In this document: positions 9,735-17,510 of the stretch, piece after piece | Position numbering within the stretch: position 1 is the first letter of the stretch | How the letters are laid out: the number at the start of each line of letters is the position of its first letter | Sequence record: SRR20825006_2029 | Direction: 5' to 3' (one strand) | DNA length: 33,186 nt | Notes under the pieces: generated by a model | What the model was told of the DNA's origin: nothing | The model's database searches: none | The model's input: only the letters and a program-made list of their open reading frames with translations | Made by a program: the position numbers and the translations under genes

Positions 9735-10073
9735 ATGTCTTGGGCTGAAAAAAACGAATCCATGCGCGAAGCATTGCGCGCCCTCAACAAAGCCAATCGC
9801 AACATCCCGGTCGGATTTGGCGCGATGTCAAAAGCGGCAATGGAAGGCGATGCGCTTGACGCCAAAACCAAGGAATTGGTGGCGCTGGCCATTGCCATAG
9901 GTGTGCGTTGCGAACCCTGTGTCGGCTTTCACGTCGAGGCATTGATGAAACATGGCGGCACCCGCGAAGAATTGTCCGAAATGTTGGCCATCGGCGTCCA
10001 GATGGGCGGTGGTCCGGTGTTGATGTATGCGGCCAAGGCTTTGGAATGTTGGGACGAATTGTCTAACGCCTAA
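9735..10073 (+). CDS. Carboxymuconolactone decarboxylase / AhpD-like protein
   Basis: Motifs: GALDAKTKELVALAIAI...CEPCVGFH (CxxC + His), G.TREEL.E, MGGGP. AAGGAGAG RBS. Confidence 0.92.
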   Translation: MSWAEKNESMREALRALNKANRNIPVGFGAMSKAAMEGDALDAKTKELVALAIAIGVRCEPCVGFHVEALMKHGGTREELSEMLAIGVQMGGGPVLMYAAKALECWDELSNA

Positions 10074-10086
10074 GCTACTCAAAAAC

Positions 10087-10120
10087 AAAACGGCGCGGGA
10101 ATCCCGCCTCGCGCCATTTT
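10087..10120. terminator. Probable bidirectional terminator between convergent genes
   Basis: AAAAC-GGCGCGGG...CTCGCGCC-ATTTT, with an A-run before and a T-run after the stem. Confidence 0.65.
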
Positions 10121-10142
10121 CGTTTCTCCCGCACCACCGGCT

Positions 10143-10631
10143 TTAGCCGCGCGACACATTACAGACCTTGCCACCGCCTTCTTTGGCTTTGCAGTCCATT
10201 TTCAACGTGTCTTTAGGCTCGCCAAACAACCAGATGCTCGCCATTTCAAAATAGTATTTCGCCAATTCACCAAAGGTGGCGTCTTCGGGTGCACCAAGCC
10301 CTTCTGGCTCAGCGGCGTCCACGTCTTCGCCAAACGCTCCGGTGCCATCATCATAGACAATCGTCCCGGTCTCCGTAGACGCATCGACATGCTCAATCTC
10401 AAAGGTTTTTGCCGCAGATCCGCCTTTCGGCGCGGCAACCCGCATTGTGGACAGGGTCGGTGCCTCATCCTCGTCATCGCCCTGCCAATACGAGCCCGTC
10501 ACCGACATATTGCTCGAGACGGCTTCCATCATCCCGCTTTGCGCCTCAGAATACTGCAAATAAACCAAGATCGAGATCGTGATCCCGATCACAAAACTGA
10601 TCAGACTGAGTGCTTTACCAAAGGTTCCCAT
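10143..10631 (-). CDS. Hypothetical protein with N-terminal membrane anchor, acidic body and C-terminal Cys pair
   Basis: 162-aa ORF filling the gap between the CMD gene and panC. Hydrophobic residues 8-26, then an Asp/Glu-rich region, ending CKAKEGGGKVC. No family recognised. Confidence 0.7.
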   Translation of the reverse strand: MGTFGKALSLISFVIGITISILVYLQYSEAQSGMMEAVSSNMSVTGSYWQGDDEDEAPTLSTMRVAAPKGGSAAKTFEIEHVDASTETGTIVYDDGTGAFGEDVDAAEPEGLGAPEDATFGELAKYYFEMASIWLFGEPKDTLKMDCKAKEGGGKVCNVSRG

Positions 10632-10826
10632 TGGACAATTCTACCGTTTTAACCGCTATCGTCATCAATATCGCAACAAAACATGGCGAGAATTGGGAAG
10701 GCTTAGGGACATTTGATGAAACACAGTGAGAACCCAACGCGCACAGAAAACGGGCAGCCGCTTGCCGCAGTGCCGCAAGCTTTGTAAGGTCTGCGCCAAG
10801 TAAGCTGTGGGTTGGGAGGACATCTA

Positions 10827-11675
10827 TTGAAAATTTGTCGAAGCAAACGCGACATCCGCGAGGCCGTCGCCGCGTTTCACGGCGCGGGCGAGACAGTCGG
10901 ATTGGTGCCAACCATGGGCTATTTGCATGACGGGCATCTGACATTGGTGCACGCGGCGCAGGCCGCCTCTGACCGGGTGATTGTATCGATTTTCGTCAAT
11001 CCGACCCAGTTTGGCGACCCCTCCGATCTTGACACCTACCCGCGCGACGAGGCCCGCGATTTCGCGCTTTTGGAAGCGGCCGGTGTGGATGCGGTGTTTT
11101 GCCCTTCCGCTGACGAAATGTACCACCCTGAGAAACAGACCACCGTTGTGACCGAGCAGCTCGAGCACCTGTTGATGGGCGCGCTTCGGCCCGGCCATTA
11201 CAAAGGTGTCTGCACGGTGGTGACGAAACTTTTTAACATCACCGGCGCAGATCGCGCGTTTTTTGGCGAAAAGGATTACCAACAGCTTTTGGTGATCAAA
11301 ACCATGGTGCGCGACCTTGATATGCCGATTGAGATTCATGGCGTGCCAACGGTGCGCGAGGTCGATGGTCTGGCGATGTCGTCGCGCAATGTCCGCCTGA
11401 CGCCCGAGGATCGCCAAGCGGCGCTGATCCTCGACAAGGCGCTGGCGTATGGCGCCTATGAGGCCTCGGACGGGCGCACGGCGGATCAGCTTGAGGCGGA
11501 CATCCGCACCTTTATCTCTCGCGAACCGCGCGCCACCATCGAGAGCGTCGATGTGCGCGACGCCGCCACATTGGAACCGATCGAGGGGCTGATTGACCGC
11601 CCCGCCGTGATCTTGCTCGCCGCGCGCTTTGGCGATGTGCTATTGATCGACCAACGGGTCGCAGACCCGACGTAA
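10827..11675 (+). CDS. panC: Pantoate--beta-alanine ligase
   Basis: Motifs: [47 protein letters not shown] at 10827 follows a GGAGGA RBS (10815-10820), so it is preferred over 10812. Confidence 0.96.
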   Translation: MKICRSKRDIREAVAAFHGAGETVGLVPTMGYLHDGHLTLVHAAQAASDRVIVSIFVNPTQFGDPSDLDTYPRDEARDFALLEAAGVDAVFCPSADEMYHPEKQTTVVTEQLEHLLMGALRPGHYKGVCTVVTKLFNITGADRAFFGEKDYQQLLVIKTMVRDLDMPIEIHGVPTVREVDGLAMSSRNVRLTPEDRQAALILDKALAYGAYEASDGRTADQLEADIRTFISREPRATIESVDVRDAATLEPIEGLIDRPAVILLAARFGDVLLIDQRVADPT

Positions 11676-11709
11676 GTTCGGCCCAGACCCCCGAACTCAG
11701 GAGGAACCC

Positions 11710-12534
11710 ATGTCCATACAGACCGAAACCATCCGCCGCGTGACCGTACCGCAAATCCGAGACCGCAAAGGCGGCGAGCCCATCGTCTCGCTCACCTCAT
11801 ATCACGCACACACCGCTGCAATTGCCGAAAAACATTGTGATTTCTTGCTGGTGGGGGACAGCCTTGGCATGGTGATGCACGGGATGGAAAGCACCGTTGG
11901 CGTGTCTTTGGAATTGATGATCATGCATGGCAAAGCCGTGGTGCGCGGCACCAAACGCGCGCTGATCGTGATCGATATGCCCTTTGGCTCCTATGAGGAA
12001 AGCCCGTCTCAGGCGTTTCGCAATGCCGCCACGATCATGAAAGAAACCCAATGTCAGGCCGTCAAACTCGAAGGCGGCGCGCGCATGGCGGAGACGGTGA
12101 AATTCCTGACCGAACGTGGCATTCCAGTGATGGGCCACATTGGCCTGACGCCGCAATCGACCAACGTCATGGGCGGTTTCAAAACCCAAGGCCGCGACGA
12201 AGACACCTGGCAAATCCACATTGATGACGCGATCGCCGTGGCCGAGGCGGGCGCCTTTGCCATTGTGGTCGAGGGGGTCGTGGAACCCTTGGCCGACAAG
12301 ATCACCAAGGCCGTCGAAGTGCCGACCATTGGGATCGGGGCGTCAAAAACCTGTGACGGTCAGATCCTTGTTATGGAGGACATGTTGGGCCTCAACGAAT
12401 GGGTGCCGAAATTTGTCAAAAAATACGGGGCCATGGGCGATGCGATCAACGAGGCCGTCGCGGAATATGCAGCCGAGGTCAAATCACGCGCCTTTCCGGG
12501 GGCCGCCAACGTCTACGGCTCCAACAAGAAATAA
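11710..12534 (+). CDS. panB: 3-methyl-2-oxobutanoate hydroxymethyltransferase
   Basis: Motifs: [58 protein letters not shown]. Confidence 0.97.
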   Translation: MSIQTETIRRVTVPQIRDRKGGEPIVSLTSYHAHTAAIAEKHCDFLLVGDSLGMVMHGMESTVGVSLELMIMHGKAVVRGTKRALIVIDMPFGSYEESPSQAFRNAATIMKETQCQAVKLEGGARMAETVKFLTERGIPVMGHIGLTPQSTNVMGGFKTQGRDEDTWQIHIDDAIAVAEAGAFAIVVEGVVEPLADKITKAVEVPTIGIGASKTCDGQILVMEDMLGLNEWVPKFVKKYGAMGDAINEAVAEYAAEVKSRAFPGAANVYGSNKK

Positions 12535-12552
12535 GCCCGGCGAAAATAAGAC

Positions 12553-12579
12553 AGAGCGCCCTTCGGGGCGCTTTTGTTT
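12553..12579 (+). terminator. Intrinsic terminator after panB
   Basis: AGCGCCC-TTCG-GGGCGCT (cUUCGg tetraloop) followed by TTTGTTT. Confidence 0.88.
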
Positions 12580-12798
12580 GAGTATTTAGACTGCAATGAA
12601 GCCGGAGTTAGGCGCGTATTAAGGTTAACGTGTCACATTCAGAGAGCGGTACAGGCTGGAGAGCCGATGGCCGCCTGCGATGAAGACGTCCCGGCCCGTG
12701 CGGCCCAAATCCCTTCTGGTGACGCCACAGCGCTATGAACCAGCGGCCGGGACGCAGTTTCGCTTTTCTGGCCCCGTTTCATTGCAGCATAAATACTC
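12580..12798. repeat. 219-bp element bounded by 21-bp imperfect inverted repeats (MITE/REP-doublet-like)
   Basis: Left end GAGTATTTAGACTGCAATGAA (12580-12600). The reverse complement of the right end (12778-12798) is GAGTATTTATGCTGCAATGAA, 19/21 identical. No transposase nearby and no obvious target-site duplication. Confidence 0.75.
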
Positions 12799-12905
12799 CA
12801 CCCGGCCTGATCTGCGCACAGACGCACAGAGCCAGTTCGCGGGCAGATATTTACGCACAGATAAAAATCACCACATGATGAGGCAACAGAACAAGGAGAC
12901 TCATC

Positions 12906-13823
12906 ATGACGTTTCGTCCCGTAAAATCGACCTCCGTTGGCCAACCGACCCTAGAGGGCGCGGGCGTTCACTTGTACCGCGCATTCGGGTTTCACAAACC
13001 GCGCGAGTTTGACCCGTTTTTGTTGTTCGACGACTTTCGCAACGACGACCCGGCACAGTTTGAAAAGGGCTTTCCGTGGCACCCGCACCGCGGCATCGAG
13101 ACCATCACCTATGTTTTGGATGGCGAAGTTGAGCACGGCGACAGCCTTGGCAACAAAGGCGTTTTGGGCGCAGGTTCGGTGCAATGGATGACGGCCGGGT
13201 CCGGCATCATGCACCAAGAAATGCCGCGCGGGAATGCCCATGGTCAGATGCATGGGTTTCAACTTTGGGCCAATTTGCCCGCGAGTTTGAAAATGACCGC
13301 GCCGCGCTATCAGGACATTCAGGCCCACGACATTCCCGAAATTATTGACGATGACGGCACCAAGGTGAAAATCGTCACCGGCTCATTTTGGGGCAAACGC
13401 GGACCCGTGGATGGGGTGGCGGCGGACCCGCTCTACCTCGACATTTCCGTGCCGCCCAATACACGCAAAGTGTTGCCCGTCGATACCTATGCCAACACCT
13501 TTGCCTATGTGTTTGCCGGCGCTGGCTCCTTCCGCGATGCGTCCAACCCTTATGGCGTGCGGGTGGAGAAAGAGGTGAAGGGTGAGGAGATCAACATCCG
13601 CGACATGTCGGGCAACCGCACCTTGGTGAATTTCGACACGGGCAGTGAGATCGTGGTCAACGCCGGCCCTGAGGGCGTGAGGTTTCTGTTGATCTCGGGC
13701 CAGCCGATTGAGGAACCTGTGGCTTGGCACGGGCCGATTGTGATGAACACGCGCGAAGAGTTGATGCAGGCGATGCAGGAGCTCAACAACGGCACGTTTA
13801 TCAAGGATCAGCGCGATCATTGA
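12906..13823 (+). CDS. Pirin family (bicupin) protein
   Basis: Motifs: DPFLLFDDF, GFPWHPHRGIETITY, WMTAGSGIMHQE, GFQLWANLP, GPIVMNT. AAGGAG RBS. Confidence 0.96.
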   Translation: MTFRPVKSTSVGQPTLEGAGVHLYRAFGFHKPREFDPFLLFDDFRNDDPAQFEKGFPWHPHRGIETITYVLDGEVEHGDSLGNKGVLGAGSVQWMTAGSGIMHQEMPRGNAHGQMHGFQLWANLPASLKMTAPRYQDIQAHDIPEIIDDDGTKVKIVTGSFWGKRGPVDGVAADPLYLDISVPPNTRKVLPVDTYANTFAYVFAGAGSFRDASNPYGVRVEKEVKGEEINIRDMSGNRTLVNFDTGSEIVVNAGPEGVRFLLISGQPIEEPVAWHGPIVMNTREELMQAMQELNNGTFIKDQRDH

Positions 13824-13837
13824 TCTGCTATCCGATA

Positions 13838-13866
13838 CACCGCGCCCTTCACCGAGGGGCGCGGTG
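13838..13866. terminator. Strong hairpin between convergent genes
   Basis: CACCGCGCCCTTC-acc-GAGGGGCGCGGTG, 13-bp stem with one G-U pair. No U-tract on either side. Confidence 0.6.
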
Positions 13867-13873
13867 AGACCAC

Positions 13874-14860
13874 TCAAAGCATGGACGGCAACACCATATC
13901 CGGCGGCCGGTGACCATCGGCAAAGGTGTGAATGTTCAGCAGCACCTTTTCCCCCATTTCGATCCGCCCTTCGACCGTCGCCGAGCCCATATGGGGTAGC
14001 AAAACCACATTGGGCAGTTCGCGCAGGCGCGGATTGATCTGATGCCCATGCTCAAACACATCCAAGCCCGCGCCGCCAATATCGCCAGAGCGCAAGCCCC
14101 GCGTCAGGGCGTTTTCGTCAATCACTTCGCCCCGCGAGGTGTTCACAATCACCGCCGTCGGCTTCATCAATTTTAACCGCCTTGCGTTGATTTGGTGAAA
14201 GGTTGAGGGCGTGTGCGGGCAGTTGATCGAGAGGATATCGACGCGGCTCAGCATCTGATCGAGGCTGTCCCAATAGGTGGCCTCAAACCGCGCTTCAACA
14301 TCGGGGTGAAGTCTGCGCCGGTTGTGATACTGCACCGAGAGGCCAAAGGCATGGGCCCGGCGCGCGACAGCTTGCCCGATACGACCCATCCCCAAAATCC
14401 CAAGCCGCTTGCCAGACAAGCGTTGCCCCATAAAGGCTGTCGGAGCCCAACCGCCCCAATTGCCCGCCTGCATCACCGCCTGCCCTTCGGGGATACGCCG
14501 CGTGACGGCGAGGATCAGCGCCATGACCATATCGGCGGTGTCCTCCGTCACCACGCCCGGCGTGTTGGTGACAAGGATGCCGCGATTATGGGCGGTGATC
14601 GTGTCGATATGATCGACACCCGCGCCGTAATTGGCGATCAGTTTCAACCGCTCCCCCGCCTGCCCCAACATCTCCGCATCCAACCGATCCGTGACACAGG
14701 GCACCAAAACATCGGCCCGCTGCATCGCCGCAATCAGCGCCTCACGCGACAGTTTGACGTCATCTTGATTGAGCTCCACATCGAAGAGTTCCATCATCCG
14801 CGTCTCGACCACTTCAGGCAACGCGCGTGTGACCACGACCTTTAGCCGACCCTGCACCAT
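13874..14860 (-). CDS. D-isomer-specific 2-hydroxyacid dehydrogenase (glyoxylate/hydroxypyruvate reductase-like)
   Basis: Motifs: NYGAGVDHID, VTNTPGV.TEDTAD, GILGMGRIG, VNTSRG, PHMGSAT. ATG at 14860 follows an AAGGAAGAGG RBS. Confidence 0.93.
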   Translation of the reverse strand: MVQGRLKVVVTRALPEVVETRMMELFDVELNQDDVKLSREALIAAMQRADVLVPCVTDRLDAEMLGQAGERLKLIANYGAGVDHIDTITAHNRGILVTNTPGVVTEDTADMVMALILAVTRRIPEGQAVMQAGNWGGWAPTAFMGQRLSGKRLGILGMGRIGQAVARRAHAFGLSVQYHNRRRLHPDVEARFEATYWDSLDQMLSRVDILSINCPHTPSTFHQINARRLKLMKPTAVIVNTSRGEVIDENALTRGLRSGDIGGAGLDVFEHGHQINPRLRELPNVVLLPHMGSATVEGRIEMGEKVLLNIHTFADGHRPPDMVLPSML

Positions 14861-14996
14861 AACCGCACCTCTTCCTTTCTTTTTCGCCCCCATACTGGCA
14901 AACTGGATTGCATCCCGGCAAGGCGTAAAGGATAAGTTCCGTGACACGCTGGCGCGCAAGGCACGCCTTCTTTTTATGAGCAGGTCAGATTTCACA

Positions 14997-15596
14997 ATGG
15001 TATCCAGTGGCTCCTCTTATGGGTTTCATCGCCTCACCCCGCTTTTACGCGGGGTTTGCCTCATGACATTGACATGTTTCCTCGGTTTGGCCCCGGTTTC
15101 TGCCGCCGAAGATACCGTGCAAAATCCAACCGCCCCGCCGATCGAGCAGATGCCACAAACAGGCCCAACGCGCGGATCGGCCACCAACCTGCCGTTGCCG
15201 CGCTTCGTCTCGCTCAAGGCCAATGAGGCCAATGTGCGTCGTGGGCCATCGCTGTCGCACCGGATTGACTGGATTTTCACAAAACGCAACTACCCGCTTG
15301 AAGTCATTGCCGAATATGGTCATTGGCGGCGTGTCCGCGACATGGAAGGCGCGACTGGATGGCTGCATTACTCGCTGATTTCCGGGGTGCGGACAGCGCT
15401 CGTGACGGATGGCACTGTAGATTTGTTTTCGCGGCCTGACACCGGATCGCGTTTGACGGCACAGGCCGAGAAAGGCGTGATTTTGCGACTGTTGGAATGC
15501 AACATCTCATGGTGCAAAGTCTCAGCCTCGGGCTATAAGGGCTGGGTGTTGAAATCGGGCCTTTGGGGTGTGCGTTCAAACGAAATTTTGGAGTGA
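14997..15596 (+). CDS. Secreted protein with two bacterial SH3 domains
   Basis: Motifs: GSATNLPLPRFVSLK, NVRRGPS..HRIDW, EYGHWRRVRD.EG..GW.HYSLISG, WC.V...GYKGW....LWGV. Signal-like segment. Start uncertain (14976, 14997 or 15063). Confidence 0.85.
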   Translation: MVSSGSSYGFHRLTPLLRGVCLMTLTCFLGLAPVSAAEDTVQNPTAPPIEQMPQTGPTRGSATNLPLPRFVSLKANEANVRRGPSLSHRIDWIFTKRNYPLEVIAEYGHWRRVRDMEGATGWLHYSLISGVRTALVTDGTVDLFSRPDTGSRLTAQAEKGVILRLLECNISWCKVSASGYKGWVLKSGLWGVRSNEILE

Positions 15597-15602
15597 GCCG
15601 GT

Positions 15603-16592
15603 ATGGAACAGCTCAAATCCCCCCTCGCCGCCCGCAACATTCCAAAGGGCGTTAAATCCTGTGTCGTGCATGGTTTTGGCAGTTGGTTTGACGCGATTGG
15701 CCACGAGCGTCACGATTTTTTCACCAAACTTCTGCCAAAGCTGACCCGTGAGGGCATCACCCCCTATTTGGTGGAGGGCGACAGCCGCACCTCTCGTGCG
15801 CTTTTGCTGGAAAATCATCTCCATATCATCGTCGGTGGCCCGGCGATGTTTGGCCCGACGGTTCTTCATGCCTATCCCTCTTATCTGTGGGGATTTTGGT
15901 ATTTCGACGAGCTGGGCCATGGCGCCAACAGTTCGCTGCGCTTTTCCCGTTTTCCCGAACATGAGGTGGATCGGGAACAGGCGGATTATTTTTTCAATGG
16001 CGTGACTGGGTTTATGTTGCGCGAAAATGTCTCCAAATTGGGTCAGGAGCCGCGCATGGATGCGCCTTTGCGGCCCGCGACGGCGACGATCCTGTGTCAG
16101 GCCATCGAAAATGAGACCCCGCGCACGCATTATCTCACGACGAAAGAGATGATTGTCACCGCCGCTGAATTTGATCGCGATGCGGTGGTCTATGTGAAAC
16201 CGCATCCGCATCAGGGTAAATTGGGACGCAGGCACATCCTTGAAATCTGTGCCGATCATCCGAATGTCAAAGTGAGCGACGCCTCGGTTCACGATCTGAT
16301 CGAAGCGGCGCGCGTCGTGATCACGCAAAACTCCTCTGCCGGGTTTGAAGCCTTGATGCAACGAAAGCCGGTGGTCACCTGTGGCAAAAGCGATTATTGG
16401 CACGCCACGCTTACCCCACGAAACATATCTGAATTGCGGGATGCGATAGGTTTTGGCCCTGAAACAATGTCCTCTTTTGACTATTCAGGGTTTTTCAACT
16501 GGTTCTTGGAAAAGCAGTGCCTTGAACCCGCCAAAGACAATTTCGCTCCCCGTGCTTGGGCGCGTGTGCGTGACAAGCTGATGCTCGACTAA
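15603..16592 (+). CDS. KpsC/KpsS-like capsule-biosynthesis (GT-B glycosyltransferase-like) protein
   Basis: C-terminal half has CQ..., VYVKPHP and LIEAARVVITQNSSAGFEALMQRKPVVTCG...Y, which match my recollection of the Capsule_synth family. Confidence 0.7.
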   Translation: MEQLKSPLAARNIPKGVKSCVVHGFGSWFDAIGHERHDFFTKLLPKLTREGITPYLVEGDSRTSRALLLENHLHIIVGGPAMFGPTVLHAYPSYLWGFWYFDELGHGANSSLRFSRFPEHEVDREQADYFFNGVTGFMLRENVSKLGQEPRMDAPLRPATATILCQAIENETPRTHYLTTKEMIVTAAEFDRDAVVYVKPHPHQGKLGRRHILEICADHPNVKVSDASVHDLIEAARVVITQNSSAGFEALMQRKPVVTCGKSDYWHATLTPRNISELRDAIGFGPETMSSFDYSGFFNWFLEKQCLEPAKDNFAPRAWARVRDKLMLD

Positions 16593-16626
16593 CGCCTTCT
16601 AAGCCTTAGGGCGAAAGGACAATCCT

Positions 16627-17505
16627 ATGCGCGACACGCGTTTGAATATTTCGGCGGGGCTGGCCTCTGTCTCTGTCGCGACGATTTTGATCATCGCAAA
16701 GCTCTGGGCCTTGGGGCAAACCGGCTCGCTCTCAATTGCGGCGTCTTTGGCCGACAGCGGCATGGATTTGATGATCGCCTTGGGCGGATTGATGGCGATT
16801 TATTACGCCTCGCGCCCGCCTGACGACGACCATGCCTTTGGTCACACCTCCGCCGAAGACCTCGCAGCGCTGGCCCAATCCGCGTTCATTTTGGTCTCTG
16901 CCGCGATCATCGCCGTGACCTCAACCCGGCGTCTGCTCTCCACTGCCCCGGTCGAAGTTCAGGCCGAAGGCGCGGGCATTGCGGTCATGGTCTTGTCGAT
17001 CGTTTTAACCATCGCGCTTGTGCTCTGGCAAAGGCGCGTGGCGCGGCTGACCAAATCGAAAGTCGTCAGCGCCGACAGCCTGCATTACGTCGGGGATCTG
17101 GTGCCAAACATCGGGGCGATTGTGGCGCTTTTTGCCGCCAAAGCCTTTGGCATGCATCAGATCGACTCTGTCGTCGCCTTGGCCGCCGCTGGGATTTTGG
17201 TGGTCGGCGCTCTGCGCATTGGCAAATCGGCTTGGGATGCGTTGATGGATCGCTCGGCGCCTCAGGATATGATCGACAACATCGAAAACATGGCCAAATC
17301 CTACCCGGAAATCCACGCATTCCATGATCTGAAAACCCGCATGGCGGGGTCAAAACCGTTTGTGAACATCCATATCGAATTGAATGGCGACCAGACGCTG
17401 CGTGAGGCCCACGCGATTTCCGCAAGCCTCAAACACCACATCGTCACCGCCTACCCCAACGCCGATGTGATCATCCACAAGGACGTGTGGGGCGAGGCGG
17501 ATTAA
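16627..17505 (+). CDS. Cation diffusion facilitator, FieF/YiiP-like
   Basis: Six TM helices; ASLADSGMD (TM2), D.DHAFGH..AE, ADSLHYVGD (TM5); C-terminal HDLKTR, IHIE, HKD. AAGGA RBS. Confidence 0.93.
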   Translation: MRDTRLNISAGLASVSVATILIIAKLWALGQTGSLSIAASLADSGMDLMIALGGLMAIYYASRPPDDDHAFGHTSAEDLAALAQSAFILVSAAIIAVTSTRRLLSTAPVEVQAEGAGIAVMVLSIVLTIALVLWQRRVARLTKSKVVSADSLHYVGDLVPNIGAIVALFAAKAFGMHQIDSVVALAAAGILVVGALRIGKSAWDALMDRSAPQDMIDNIENMAKSYPEIHAFHDLKTRMAGSKPFVNIHIELNGDQTLREAHAISASLKHHIVTAYPNADVIIHKDVWGEAD

Positions 17506-17510
17506 CCCAC

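Noticed and set aside
10644-10826. Possible pan RNA motif or riboswitch upstream of panC
   Set aside because: No convincing tandem hairpins or terminator were seen. An Rfam scan would be needed.
12619-12629. TTAAGGTTAAC as a CtrA site
   Set aside because: The half-sites are 2 nt apart rather than 7. At most a half-site.
12639-13012. ORFs 12639..12944 (-) and 12680..13012 (+) in the panB-pirin gap
   Set aside because: Both overlap pirin, cross the repeat ends and have no recognisable motif. A sigma-factor or LysR pseudogene was considered but not supported.
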